From contig DATNMH010000005.1 in assembly GCA_035602395.1 (NCBI GenBank), positions 13,009 to 77,008 of the forward strand: a DNA stretch of 64,000 nucleotides, given 5' to 3'. Under the pieces are notes generated by a model. The model was not told where the DNA came from and ran no database searches. It saw only the letters and a program-made list of their open reading frames with translations. This stretch comes from Candidatus Acidiferrum sp. Lineage in GTDB: Bacteria > Chloroflexota > Dormibacteria > CF-121. Positions 8,523 to 18,352 of the stretch are shown here, one piece after another. Every line of letters begins with the position of its first letter. Positions within the stretch are counted from its first letter, which is position 1. Made by a program: the position numbers and the translations under genes.

Positions 8523-9649
8523 TGCGGCAGTGCCTCGAGGAGGCGGTCGAGGTCCTCGTCGCTGTTGTAGTAATGGGGCGAGGCCCGCAAGAAGTCACTG
8601 CGCAGTGAGATGATGACGCCCGCCTCGCGCAGGCGGGTATGCAATTCGGCCGGCACCATCCGTGGATGACGAAAGGACACGATGCCGGAACGTTCGGATG
8701 GCACCGTGGGTTTCGCTACCAGCTCGTAGCCGCGACTGGGCAGCTCGTCACGCAGCCGGTCGGCGAGTCGCAGCACGACGTCTTCGACCACGGGCGCTCC
8801 GCACCGCAGCAGGAGATTGACGGCGGCTCCCATGCCCAGGATGCCCGGATAATTCGGCGCGGCCTCCTCGAAGCGGCGGGCGCCGGGCTTGAACGTGAGA
8901 TCGTAATCGACGTATTCCCGCTCGCGGACCACGCTCTCCGGTCCGATGGTCACCGGGTTCAGTCGGTCGAGCATCCGCGGTCCGACGTAGGCAAAGCCCG
9001 CACCCATGGGACCGAGCAACCACTTGTGCGCGCCGGCCGCCAGGAAATCGACGGGTGTCCGCGACAGGTCCAGCTGGAGGCCGCCGACCGCTTGCACCGC
9101 GTCGACCACGAGCATGGTGTCGCGCCCTCGAAGCGCCGTCCCCAGGGCGCCAAGGTCGGTTCGAAACCCGCTCCAGAACTGGACGGCGCTGATCGCCAGC
9201 ACGCGCGTGCGCCGATCGCAGAGCCGGACCACGGCCTTGACATCGATCCGACCTTGTTCTGGCTGGTAGAGCCGGAGCTCGACGCCCTTTCGCTTGAGTC
9301 CCATCCATGGATAGATGTTGGAGGGGAACTCGCGATGGACGCCGACGATATTGTCGCCGGCCTCCCAATCGAGGCCGGCGGCGACCAGGCCCAGACCCGC
9401 CGTTGTGTTCTTGGTAAAGGTGATCGATTCCGGACCAACGGATAGCAACTCCGCGATGCGCGTGCGCACCTGGCTGCGCAGCCGTTCCCAGTGCGCCAGG
9501 TCGAACGGCTCCTCCGTCATGCGGGCGAGGTAGACCTCCATCGTGGAGCGCACCGGCGTCGCCAGTGGTGCATTCGCCGCGTGATCGAGGTAGGCATACC
9601 GCGTGGCGATCGGATACAGCGCTCGCATCTCCTGCGGCGTGAGCGGCAT
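8519..9649 (-). CDS. class V aminotransferase (cysteine desulfurase/selenocysteine lyase-like PLP enzyme)
   Basis: 376 aa, AAT-V fold, with a PLP-lysine region (AAGAHKWLLGPMGAGFAYV). Confidence 0.8.
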   Translation of the reverse strand: MPLTPQEMRALYPIATRYAYLDHAANAPLATPVRSTMEVYLARMTEEPFDLAHWERLRSQVRTRIAELLSVGPESITFTKNTTAGLGLVAAGLDWEAGDNIVGVHREFPSNIYPWMGLKRKGVELRLYQPEQGRIDVKAVVRLCDRRTRVLAISAVQFWSGFRTDLGALGTALRGRDTMLVVDAVQAVGGLQLDLSRTPVDFLAAGAHKWLLGPMGAGFAYVGPRMLDRLNPVTIGPESVVREREYVDYDLTFKPGARRFEEAAPNYPGILGMGAAVNLLLRCGAPVVEDVVLRLADRLRDELPSRGYELVAKPTVPSERSGIVSFRHPRMVPAELHTRLREAGVIISLRSDFLRASPHYYNSDEDLDRLLEALPQ

Positions 9650-9673
9650 ACGTTGGGCACACTACACTAGGCA

Positions 9674-10021
9674 ATGTTGGGCGAGGCAGCCACCATTGAC
9701 CTCTCGGACTTCGAGCGCGTCGACATGCGCGTCGGCCGTGTCCTCGAAGCCGAACCTTTTCCCGAAGCCCGTAAGCCCGCCTACAAGCTGCGCATCGATT
9801 TCGGACCGCTTGGAATCCGCCGCTCGAGCGCGCAGCTGACGGTTCATTACCGCCCCGACGAGTTGCGCGGGCGGCTGGTGATCGCGGTGTTCAACTTTCC
9901 ACCACGGCAAATCGGTCCGGTGCGCTCGGAGGTGCTGGTCCTGGGCGTCCCCGATCCCGACGGCGCCGTCGTGCTGCTCGAGCCAAGCGTCGAGGTGCCA
10001 TTGGGAGGTCGGGTCTTTTGA
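9674..10021 (+). CDS. tRNA-binding protein (CsaA/Trbp111-like EMAP domain)
   Basis: 115 aa. IDLSDFERVDMRVGRVLEAEP...LVIAVFNFPPRQIG matches the MetG C-terminal-like tRNA-binding fold. Confidence 0.75.
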   Translation: MLGEAATIDLSDFERVDMRVGRVLEAEPFPEARKPAYKLRIDFGPLGIRRSSAQLTVHYRPDELRGRLVIAVFNFPPRQIGPVRSEVLVLGVPDPDGAVVLLEPSVEVPLGGRVF

Positions 10022-11163
10022 CCTCGGCGCGGAACGCGCCCTATCTCGTCAGCGACTGGCACGACCCGGAAACGGGCGCCCGCGGATGGTTCGTCATCGA
10101 TCGGCTGATCGGCGGCATGTGCTCGGGCGGCATTCGCATGCGTCCCGGGGTCACCGTGGATGAGGTCACCGACCTAGCCCGCACCATGTCGCACAAGATG
10201 GCCGTCCTCGACATCCCCTATGGGGGCGCGAAATCAGGGATCGACTTCGACTCATCCTCGCCGCAAGCGCCGGCGGTGCTGCGCGGCTTCATCGAGGCCA
10301 TTCGCCCCTTCATCGCCGAGCGCTACGCCACCGGGGCCGACCTCGGCACCCGCGAGGACGACATCATCGCCGCCTGCCAGCTGGTCGGCTTGACCCATCC
10401 GCTGCAGGCGGGCTTCAAGACGGAGGGCGGCGCCGGCCTCAACCGGGTCCGGCAGGCGCTCGCGCTGACCACCGAGGGGATCCCCATCACCGAGCTGATC
10501 GCCGGCTATGGCGTGGCGGAATGCACGGTCGAAGCCGCCGGCGTGCTCGGCTTGCCGTTGCGCGGTGCCACCGTCGCGCTGCAGGGATTCGGCAATGTCG
10601 GTGGCGCGGCCGCGCGCTACCTCGATCGAGAGGGCGTCCGGTTGGTGGCGGTCGCGGACATCGAGGGCGCGATCGTCGACGAGAACGGGCTCGATGTTCC
10701 ATACCTCCTCTCCATCCGCGATCGCTACGGCCGCATCGATCGGTCCCGCCTGCCGGCGCGCGCCCGCCGCGAGCCGGAGCCGGCGTGGCTGGAACAATCG
10801 GTGGACATCCTGATCCCCGCCGCCATCGGCCATGCCATCCGGTCGGACAACCAGGGGAGCATCCGGTGCCGCCTGCTGGTCGAGGCGGCCAACAACCCGC
10901 TGACTCGGGACGCGGAGATGGAACTCGAGCGGCGCGGCACGACGATCCTGCCGGACTTCGTCGCCAACGCGGCGGCGGCCTTTCTTTTCTGCGGCCTCTT
11001 GGAGAAACGGCTTGAGCCTACCCTCGACTCCATCTTCGGCGTCACCAGCCGGCAGCTCCGAACCACCACGCGAGAGCTGCTCGACCGAGCCCGCCGCGAA
11101 CGGGTCTCGAACCGTCGCGCCGCCGAGGAGATCGCCGAGCACCGTTTGCGCGAGCGGGCCTAG
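10018..11163 (+). CDS. Glu/Leu/Phe/Val dehydrogenase family protein (glutamate dehydrogenase-like)
   Basis: TTG start. Catalytic Lys/Gly-rich region GGIRMRP...PYGGAKSGI and NAD-binding GFGNVGG. Confidence 0.75.
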   Translation: MTSARNAPYLVSDWHDPETGARGWFVIDRLIGGMCSGGIRMRPGVTVDEVTDLARTMSHKMAVLDIPYGGAKSGIDFDSSSPQAPAVLRGFIEAIRPFIAERYATGADLGTREDDIIAACQLVGLTHPLQAGFKTEGGAGLNRVRQALALTTEGIPITELIAGYGVAECTVEAAGVLGLPLRGATVALQGFGNVGGAAARYLDREGVRLVAVADIEGAIVDENGLDVPYLLSIRDRYGRIDRSRLPARARREPEPAWLEQSVDILIPAAIGHAIRSDNQGSIRCRLLVEAANNPLTRDAEMELERRGTTILPDFVANAAAAFLFCGLLEKRLEPTLDSIFGVTSRQLRTTTRELLDRARRERVSNRRAAEEIAEHRLRERA

Positions 11164-11567
11164 AACCCGCCGGCGTGGCGGCGCATCATGCAGTCGTCCA
11201 TGACGACGTCGAGTCCGGCCGTCCTCGCGCGCTCGGCCGCCGCTTCATCCACGACGCCATCCTGGAGCCAGACCGCGGCAGCCCCGATGGCGATCGCCTC
11301 GTCGACGATGGCACCCGCGAACTCGGACCGGCGAAAGACTTCGACGACGTCGACCGGTCCTGGTAACTCCGATAACGAGGCGTAGGCTCGCTCCCCGAGA
11401 ACCTCTGAGACGTTGGGGTTCACCGGAATGATGCGGTAGCCGGCGCGTTGCAGGTAGCGCGCGACACCATAACTCGGCCGGCGCGGGTTGGCACTCAGGC
11501 CCACGACCGCGATCGTCCGCGCCGACCTCAGGATCTTGTCAGCCGGATCGGCTGTCTGTTCACGCAT
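11160..11567 (-). CDS. CoA-binding domain protein (YccU/YneT-like)
   Basis: Start at the second Met (MREQTADPADKILRSARTIAVVGLS). Rossmann CoA-binding signature. Confidence 0.65.
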   Translation of the reverse strand: MREQTADPADKILRSARTIAVVGLSANPRRPSYGVARYLQRAGYRIIPVNPNVSEVLGERAYASLSELPGPVDVVEVFRRSEFAGAIVDEAIAIGAAAVWLQDGVVDEAAAERARTAGLDVVMDDCMMRRHAGGF

Positions 11568-11590
11568 ATCCCCAAATCTACAATGGCCCG

Positions 11591-12037
11591 GTGACACCAT
11601 CGACCCGGCTATCTCCAATTCCTGCCGAAATCGTCGATGCCTTTCGCGCGGTCGCGCCCGCCATCGAAGCCTTTGCCCAGGAGCAAGGCCTGCTGATCGA
11701 GCGATACCGTCGCGGCAAGCCCGCCTGGGAACTGCGCTTCGCGCGGCGGCTCGGCGGTGAGGCCGTGATTGCCATCAGCTATCGGGAGCGGACCGGCCAC
11801 GTGCTCGACGTCAGCGCGGTCTGGTGGGTGGACGACCCGGCGACGCAGACGCGGCGCTTACGATCGGAGAAGATCGCGGTCTACGACCGCCGAGCGGTGC
11901 CGGCGGCGCTGGCGCAGCAGCTCGAGGAGGCGCTCACCATGGTGGATCGATGGACGCTCGACGACCTGGGCCCGCCACACGGCCCGTTCAAGCCTGCGCC
12001 CGAAGAGGCGGCCGGCCGCGAGTTGAGGCAGCGATGA
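11591..12037 (+). CDS. hypothetical protein
   Basis: 148-aa GTG-start ORF with high GC3. No recognised motif. Confidence 0.4.
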   Translation: MTPSTRLSPIPAEIVDAFRAVAPAIEAFAQEQGLLIERYRRGKPAWELRFARRLGGEAVIAISYRERTGHVLDVSAVWWVDDPATQTRRLRSEKIAVYDRRAVPAALAQQLEEALTMVDRWTLDDLGPPHGPFKPAPEEAAGRELRQR

Positions 12038-12195
12038 GCGGGAACCCCGGGCCTGCGTCGGACGAGGATGAGCTGCGGCTGGCGTTCGGCCGGGCTATCG
12101 GATTTACAGTGGCCGCGGTTGCGCTGCTACTGGGCGGCGGCGTGGTCGTGATCCTGGTGGCGGCGATCTTCTTCCGCTTTATGTTCGGCGGCTAG
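12035..12195 (+). CDS. possible small membrane protein (53 aa)
   Basis: ATGA overlap with the upstream stop. A single strong hydrophobic helix (AIGFTVAAVALLLGGGVVVILVAAIFF). Confidence 0.2.
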
Positions 12196-13079
12196 CGAAG
12201 GCGTCGAGCGGCGGTCGACGGTGGCGAGTCGATCACCGAGGGATGGAGGATGCCGGCGAGGATCTCGACGCTGTCCACCAGCCGCGGTCCCGGCCGACTG
12301 AAGAAGGCGTTGCCATCGACCACCCAGGTCTCGCCGGCGAGCCCGCTTGATTGGCTCAGCGTCGCGTCAGCCTCGGCCAGGCTGCGCTCGAGGGAGAGCC
12401 CGCAGGCGGAGACGACGAGCACGGCGGGGTGCGCATCGATCACGGCTTTCCATTCGATGGGGTGCGCTGGTCGACCTGCGATCCCGAGCAGGTCGCGGCC
12501 GCCCGCTATCTGGACCAGCCCCGGCGTCCAGTGGCCAGCGTTGAACGGCGGATCGATCCACTCCAGGATCACAACCGGCCGCACCGGCTCCTTGCGGACA
12601 CGTTCGTGCACCTCGCGAATCCGGTCTTCGAGCGCGGCAACCACCAGCTCCGCCTCCGCTTGACAGTCCGCGAGGCGGCCAACCAGCCGGATGTGCTCGA
12701 AGACATCAGAAAGCTGCTGGGGCTCGAGCGAGACCAGCTGCATCGGGGTCGAGCTGCGCCGGGCAGCCTGCTCCACGACGGGATAGGACACGGCGCACAC
12801 TTCGCAGAGCTCCTGGGTGAGGATGACATCGGGGTGCAGCGTTGCCAGGCGGTCGGCATCCAGCGTGTAGATGCTGCTTCCCTGGTGGACCAGCTCGCGG
12901 ATGTGCCGGTCGATGTGCCCGCTGTTGCCCTTCCCATCGAGCACGCTGTGGGTAACGACGGGCTTGGTCCTGACCGACTCCGGGAAATCGCACTCGTGTG
13001 TGACGGCCACCAGGCTCTCCTCGAGTCCCAAGGCGCAGACGATCTCCGTCGCGCTGGGCAAGAGCGACGCGATCCTCAC
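12192..13079 (-). CDS. class III periplasmic-binding-protein fold protein (BtuF/FepB-like, cobalamin/siderophore-binding type) without signal peptide
   Basis: 295 aa with a PBP type 8 fold (LLPSATEIVCALGL...). No N-terminal signal, so it may be cytoplasmic. Confidence 0.6.
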   Translation of the reverse strand: MRIASLLPSATEIVCALGLEESLVAVTHECDFPESVRTKPVVTHSVLDGKGNSGHIDRHIRELVHQGSSIYTLDADRLATLHPDVILTQELCEVCAVSYPVVEQAARRSSTPMQLVSLEPQQLSDVFEHIRLVGRLADCQAEAELVVAALEDRIREVHERVRKEPVRPVVILEWIDPPFNAGHWTPGLVQIAGGRDLLGIAGRPAHPIEWKAVIDAHPAVLVVSACGLSLERSLAEADATLSQSSGLAGETWVVDGNAFFSRPGPRLVDSVEILAGILHPSVIDSPPSTAARRLR

Positions 13080-13081
13080 CG

Positions 13082-13738
13082 TCAGGCGCCCGGAACGAAC
13101 GGGTTGAGCAGCTTCTCCTCCTCGATCGTGGTGGCGGGCCCGTGGCCCGGGTACACCACGGTCTTAGGCGGTAAGGCGTAGAGCACGTTTTGGATCGAGA
13201 AGACGATCTTGCGCGTGTCACCACCCGGAAGATCGGTCCGGCCGATGCCGCGCTGGAACAGGGTGTCCCCCGCAAAGCAGTCGAGGCCAAAGAGAAAGCA
13301 GACGGACCCCTGCGTATGCCCGGGCGTGTGGAGGACGCGCAGGCTGAGGTCCTGGAAGGCGAGTGTCGTCCCGTGGGTCAGCGTCGTGTCGATCGAGAAC
13401 GCCGTAAAGCCCCGCGGCACGAACGGGTACTGCGCAATCGTCTCCCAGTCGAGGATGGCGAGGTCGTCGGTGTGCATCGCGATCGGGGCACCGGTCTGCG
13501 CGTGCAGCGCCGGGACGCCGGCGACGTGATCGATATGGCCATGCGTCACGAGGATGTACTCGAGGGTCAGCCCTTCCGACTCGATGTGCTGCCACACCTG
13601 ATCCAGCTGCAGTCCCGGATCGACGGCGAGTGCGGCCACCGTGTCGCGCCGCCGGATCACGTAGCAGTTCTCGCCGAACAGGTCGTCCTCGAAAACGGAG
13701 ACTTCGAGCTTTTCGCGCAACGCCTCAGCGGGCGTCAT
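13082..13738 (-). CDS. MBL-fold metallo-hydrolase (hydroxyacylglutathione hydrolase-like)
   Basis: HxHxDH motif (THGHIDHVAG) plus the downstream His/Asp ligands. Confidence 0.8.
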   Translation of the reverse strand: MTPAEALREKLEVSVFEDDLFGENCYVIRRRDTVAALAVDPGLQLDQVWQHIESEGLTLEYILVTHGHIDHVAGVPALHAQTGAPIAMHTDDLAILDWETIAQYPFVPRGFTAFSIDTTLTHGTTLAFQDLSLRVLHTPGHTQGSVCFLFGLDCFAGDTLFQRGIGRTDLPGGDTRKIVFSIQNVLYALPPKTVVYPGHGPATTIEEEKLLNPFVPGA

Positions 13739-14820
13739 TCGATGCCGATCTCATAAGAGGCCGACGTCAGGACCTCAGGCGCCGTCTCGGTGATCAGCAC
13801 CATTTCCTCCAGACGAACGCCACCCCAGCCCGGGATGTAGATGCCAGGCTCGTTGGTGATGACCATGCCGGCCCGCAGCGCGGTGTGGTCGGTGGGTGAC
13901 AGGAAGGGCCGCTCGTGCACCTGCAACCCGATCCCGTGCCCCAGGCCGTGGCCGAAGGCGTGTTCCTCGCCGGCGAGCGCCTCGCGCGCCCGCCGGTCGA
14001 TTTCGTCCGCGGTCACTCCAGGTTTCATCAGCGCAATCGAAGTCAGCTGCGCCTGGCGCACCGCCTCGATCACGCGGGCCTGCTCCGGGGTCGGCTCACC
14101 AATCACGATCGTTCGGGTGGCATCGCTGTGGTAGCCGGCGGCGATGGCGCCGAAGTCAACCACCACCATGTCCCCCCGCAACAGGACCCGATCGGACGCG
14201 CGGCCGTGCGGCAGGGCACCTCGCTCCCCGGCGGCCACGATGGTTTCGAAGGCTGGACCGTCGGCTCCGAGCTCGCGGAAGGTCTGCTCCAGTAGGAAGG
14301 CGACATCGCGCTCGCGGAGCCCCGGCCGGATGGCGGAACGGACGCGATCGAAGGCGCGACCGGCGATTGAGGCCACCGCGCGCAGCAGCTCGACCTCCTC
14401 GGCTTCCTTCACGATTCGCAGCTCCTCGACCAGACCTGAGGTAGCTACCAGGGTTGGCTCGGGTGGAAGAGCGGCGGAGAGTCGCTGGTGCTGATCGAAC
14501 GTCAGGTGAAAAGATTCGAAGCCGACCCGCCGCAGCCCCAGGGCTTTGAGCCGCTCCGCGATCAGCGCCCAGAGGCCGTGCGACGGCCCCGAGGGCATCA
14601 GCCTGAAGGCCGGTGCCTCGGCTTCCATCTGGAGCCAGTAGCGGCTGTCCCCCAGGATTTCGGCGGCGTCCTTGCCGATGATCAAGTAACCGAGACTGCC
14701 GGTGAATCCGGAAAGGTAGCGGATGTTCTCAGGTGAGGTCACGACCAGGGCGTCGAGCTCGAGATCGAGCAGCCGCTGGCGCAGCGCCGCCAGACGACGC
14801 CTCGATTGTTCAGCGCGCAT
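13735..14820 (-). CDS. Xaa-Pro aminopeptidase / M24 family metallopeptidase
   Basis: 361 aa. Creatinase N-domain plus pita-bread fold with the metal ligands HGLGHGIGLQVHE. Confidence 0.85.
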   Translation of the reverse strand: MRAEQSRRRLAALRQRLLDLELDALVVTSPENIRYLSGFTGSLGYLIIGKDAAEILGDSRYWLQMEAEAPAFRLMPSGPSHGLWALIAERLKALGLRRVGFESFHLTFDQHQRLSAALPPEPTLVATSGLVEELRIVKEAEEVELLRAVASIAGRAFDRVRSAIRPGLRERDVAFLLEQTFRELGADGPAFETIVAAGERGALPHGRASDRVLLRGDMVVVDFGAIAAGYHSDATRTIVIGEPTPEQARVIEAVRQAQLTSIALMKPGVTADEIDRRAREALAGEEHAFGHGLGHGIGLQVHERPFLSPTDHTALRAGMVITNEPGIYIPGWGGVRLEEMVLITETAPEVLTSASYEIGIE

Positions 14821-14857
14821 TCGCGCTCATGATACGGACGCCCGGGACGAAAGCCGG

Positions 14858-15319
14858 TTATACGATGCCTTCAGGACGGCTGGATCCCATCGAGCTAAGG
14901 GGTTCAGTCGCCAGCTCGGCAAGCTCGCCGAGCAGGTCGATCGACCCCAACACTGGATCCGCGCGATAGACCGCGACCGCCCCCCAGATGGTGCCGCGTT
15001 GGGCCATTGGCGTGGCGGCAACCGCGCCGGCCGGCGGCTCCGCCCCCTGGAGGAGGTGCCGGGCCCAACGACTGCGCTGAAGGTCGTCGATGGCCGCGGG
15101 TTTCTCAGAGTAGAGGGTCCATTCGAGGAGGGCTTCGAGCACCGGCGCCAGCTCTTCCAGCCGGTCGGGCCGCCCGGCCAGGGTGAACGCGTCTTTTTGC
15201 CACCGCCCCTCGGCATCCCAGAAGACGACCATGCCGCCCGCGGCGTCGAGTGCCTGCAGCGCCCGCCCCAACAGCAGGTTGGCCGCCATCTCGCGGACAT
15301 GGGTCGTTTGAGCTGTCAA
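14858..15319 (-). CDS. GAF domain-containing protein
   Basis: 153 aa with a GAF-like pattern. Operonic with lspA. Confidence 0.5.
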   Translation of the reverse strand: MTAQTTHVREMAANLLLGRALQALDAAGGMVVFWDAEGRWQKDAFTLAGRPDRLEELAPVLEALLEWTLYSEKPAAIDDLQRSRWARHLLQGAEPPAGAVAATPMAQRGTIWGAVAVYRADPVLGSIDLLGELAELATEPLSSMGSSRPEGIV

Positions 15320-15825
15320 CGCTCCCTCCCTGCGCCAACACTAACGCGGCGAGGCCGGCGGGTCCAGTCCAGCAGCAGGGCGAGCAAGAAAAGCACGACC
15401 CCGAGGCGGATCGCCGCGTCGGCGAGGTTGAAGTCGGTTGGCCAGTAACGAACCTCGATGAAGTCGGTCACGCCGCCCAGCCGGGCTCGGTCGACCAGGT
15501 TGCCGACGGCCCCACCGGCGATCGCGCCGAGCGCCGCGAGCCCGAGGACGCCGCCGACGTTCCCGCGCAGCGCGAGCACCACGATCGCCACGACGATGAT
15601 CAACGCCAGCGCCGCGAACAGCTCATTGTGGCCGCTGCCCAGCCCCAGCGTGGCGCCCGTGTTGCTGGCGAGCCGGAACCAGAGCCATCCGGCGAAGACG
15701 GTAACCTGGCGTCCCGGCGTCAATCCGCCGCGGGCCCAAGCCTTGGTGGCCTGGTCGAGGACCAGGACCAGGAGGGCGATTGCCGTAACGATCACGAGGG
15801 CTCGAAGGCGCGGCATCCCGGCCAT
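15316..15825 (-). CDS. lspA: lipoprotein signal peptidase (signal peptidase II)
   Basis: 169 aa, 4 TM segments, conserved NLVDR and FNLADAAI motifs. Confidence 0.85.
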   Translation of the reverse strand: MAGMPRLRALVIVTAIALLVLVLDQATKAWARGGLTPGRQVTVFAGWLWFRLASNTGATLGLGSGHNELFAALALIIVVAIVVLALRGNVGGVLGLAALGAIAGGAVGNLVDRARLGGVTDFIEVRYWPTDFNLADAAIRLGVVLFLLALLLDWTRRPRRVSVGAGRER

Positions 15826-15854
15826 GCTACCGGGGCGAGTCGAGCGGGTTGCGG

Positions 15855-16553
15855 CTAGTGCTTCGGTGTCGGGTGGGGCGAGTTGCTCGGGCCCTTACCG
15901 TTGCCGGGGGAGGCGCTCGGTTTGCCGCTGGATGTCTGCAGGGCTTGGGCGGCGCGGTCCCGGGCCTGCGTGATCGCAGCGACGGCCGTCGGGTTGGTCA
16001 CCTGGCCCTGCAGGCCGGCGAGCTGCTGGTCGTGCGTGGCAATCGCCTGGACGAGGCGGTTCTCCAGGCTGGCCGCCAGTGCGGGATCGCTCTGCTGTTC
16101 CGACTGGACCACGAGTGCGGCTTCGTTGAGCTGGTCATTCATGCCGCTCAGCGCCTGCCCGGCGAGGTCGAGGCGGTGACGGGCGATCATGGCCTCCGCC
16201 TCGGTGAGGCGGGTCCGCGCGAGGTCGAGATGGTAGGCGAGCTTGTCCGAGGGGCTGAAGGCGAGCGCTCCGCGCACGTTCTCCACCACGCCCTTCAGCG
16301 GATAGAGCGCCGAGTCCGGGAGGCTGTCGGCCGACGCGGCGACGGCGCCGGCCACCAGCAGCACCGCGGCGGCCACGGCCGCGAGCACCAGCCGGCGGAC
16401 CGGATGGGTACGCTTGCGGGCGGTCGCCGATTGCTCGACCGCGGCGAGCACCAGGTTCCAACCGCGAATCTTGGCGCCGGGCGATGGCATCACCGGGTCA
16501 ACCGCGCGTAGCCGCTCGGCCAGTCGCTCCAGCCGCTCCATTTCAGACATCAA
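15855..16553 (-). CDS. anti-sigma factor, DUF5667-type (single-pass membrane)
   Basis: ATGA-coupled to the upstream ECF sigma. Cytoplasmic N-terminus, one TM helix, then a DSALYPLKGVVENVR DUF5667 motif. Confidence 0.6.
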   Translation of the reverse strand: MMSEMERLERLAERLRAVDPVMPSPGAKIRGWNLVLAAVEQSATARKRTHPVRRLVLAAVAAAVLLVAGAVAASADSLPDSALYPLKGVVENVRGALAFSPSDKLAYHLDLARTRLTEAEAMIARHRLDLAGQALSGMNDQLNEAALVVQSEQQSDPALAASLENRLVQAIATHDQQLAGLQGQVTNPTAVAAITQARDRAAQALQTSSGKPSASPGNGKGPSNSPHPTPKH

Positions 16554-17116
16554 TTGGTTGTCCTCCCGTGCAGGGCGCGCTCGAGCGAGCCCAGCGCCCG
16601 GTGCTGCAGTGCCTGCACCGCACCTACGGATTTCCCCATGATCTGGGCCGCTTGGGCTGCCGTCAGGTCCTGGAAGAACCGGAGAATCAGCACCTGCTGT
16701 TGCTCGTCGGTCAACGCCCGCAAGGCTTCGTGCAGGTCCTCGTTGGACAGCTGCTCGACGGCAAGCTCGGACGGGTCCGCCGACACCGGCATCGTCGCGG
16801 ACTCCAGCGGGACCAGCGTGGCCTTGCCCTGGCGGCGGTAATGGTCGATGGTCGCGTTGTGCGCGATCCGGTAGACCCAGGAGGAGAAGGCAACGCCCTG
16901 GTCCTGGAAGAGATCCAGCCGGGTGAGGCTGCGGGTCATGGTATCGATGGCGAGATCCTCCGCGTCCTCCGCCCTCCCGAGGCGAGCGTAGACATAGTTG
17001 TAGATCCGGTCGAAATAGCGTTCGAAGAGGATTCGGGCCGCGTCCTGGTCGCCTCGGCGAACCCGCTCGATGAGAGGGCGGTCGTCGTCGGACGCCGCCT
17101 TACCGAGTGGCTGCAC
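16550..17116 (-). CDS. RNA polymerase ECF-type sigma-70 factor
   Basis: Sigma70 region 2 (ILFERYFDRIYNYVYARL) and region 4 (LTAAQAAQIMGKSVGAVQALQHRA). Confidence 0.85.
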   Translation of the reverse strand: MQPLGKAASDDDRPLIERVRRGDQDAARILFERYFDRIYNYVYARLGRAEDAEDLAIDTMTRSLTRLDLFQDQGVAFSSWVYRIAHNATIDHYRRQGKATLVPLESATMPVSADPSELAVEQLSNEDLHEALRALTDEQQQVLILRFFQDLTAAQAAQIMGKSVGAVQALQHRALGSLERALHGRTTN

Positions 17117-17264
17117 AGGGTGACATTATGGGGGCTCCCAAAGACAGGCGCGGACATATTCAGCTTCTAATACGTACGATCGGGGCCCGAGCGTATGTTG
17201 CCCTGAACCTGACGTTGCATGGCCGCGGCAACTCGTTGCGGTATCGTCACCGGCCGCAGCGGCC

Positions 17265-18314
17265 TCAGACGACCATGATCGAGCCCGCGTCCCCCTCCGT
17301 CAGCTGGCCGACGACGGCGCCGGTCACCCTTTTCCGCGTCAGCGCACTAAGCAAGCGCTCCACCTCGGTCTCAGGGACTGCCAGCAGCAGCCCGCCGGAG
17401 GTCTGGGCATCGCAGAGCAGGGTCTGGCGCGCCGCCGACAGGTGCGCCGGCCAGCGGACCCGCGAGGCCAGAAAGCGCTCGTTCGATCGGGTGCCGCCCG
17501 GGACTTCCCCGGCCTCTGCCAGCATCTCGGCGCCCGGAAGGAGTGGGACCGAGGCCGCCTCGATGAGCGCCGCGACCCCCGAGGCGCGCGCCATGGAATG
17601 GAGGTGCCCCAGCAGGCCGAAGCCGGTGACGTCGGTGGCGGCGTGCACGTCGACCGTCGCCATCGCGTCGGCGGCGTCGCGGTTGAGCCGGAGCATGCCC
17701 TCGATGGCCGCCGCGGCCGATTCCGGCGGCGCCACCTGATGCTTGATGGCAGTGGTGATGACGCCAGTGCCCAGCGGCTTGGTCAGCACCAGCCGGTCGC
17801 CCGGCCGGCCGCCGCGATTGCGACGCACCCGGTCGGGGTGAACGGTGCCGGTCACGGCAAGCCCGTATTTCGGTTCGTGATCGTCGATGCTGTGGCCGCC
17901 CAGGATATCGATGCCCGCCTCGCGGACCTTGTCCAGGCCGCCGCGCAGAATGTCGGCCAGCAGCGCCGGCCCCAGCTCTTTGATGGGGAAGGCGACGAGG
18001 TTGACCGCCAGCAACGGCTGCGCACCCATCGCGTAGATGTCGCTCAGCGCGTTGGCGGCCGCGATCGCCCCGAAGGTGTAGGCGTCGTCGACGATGGGCG
18101 TGAAGAAGTCGGTGGTCACGACCAGGGCAAGGTCCGGCCGCAGCCGGTAGACGGCGGCATCGTCGCCCGTCTCCTGCCCGACCAGGACGTCGGGGTTGTC
18201 AAGCCGATTCGGCAAGTGGCTCAAGACCTGAGCCAGGTCCTCAGGACCGATCTTGCAGGCTCAACCCGCTCCGTGCGACCAACTCGTCAGTCGCACTTTC
18301 TCCACCGCGCTCAT
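17265..18314 (-). CDS. selD: selenide, water dikinase (selenophosphate synthetase), selenocysteine-containing
   Basis: The ORF track calls a TTG start at 18224. The same frame continues upstream through an in-frame TGA (18261-18263) to ATG at 18312-18314, giving [56 protein letters not shown]. This matches the SelD glycine-rich loop in which E. coli Cys17 is Sec in many species. The rest of the protein is canonical SelD. Confidence 0.85.
18221..18254 (-). promoter_or_regulatory. SECIS-like stem-loop immediately 3' of the selD UGA
   Basis: mRNA nt +7 to +40 after the UGA: CAAGAU CGGUCCUGAGGACCUGGCUCAG GUCUUG. An outer 6-bp stem encloses a GGUCC-UGA-GGACC hairpin. The position is as expected for a bacterial SECIS. 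Confidence 0.4.
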
Positions 18315-18352
18315 GATTTGCACTGTACTCGACATTTGTTACCGTCACGTCA

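Noticed and set aside
8639-9674. Multiple overlapping 150-300-aa ORFs on both strands within the class V aminotransferase gene
   Set aside because: They are alternative-frame artefacts. Only the 8519-9649 frame shows PLP-enzyme motifs.
13896-14444. 182-aa + strand ORF (RRRAPRAPAGR...) inside the M24 peptidase gene
   Set aside because: It is low-complexity Arg/Pro/Ala antisense translation.
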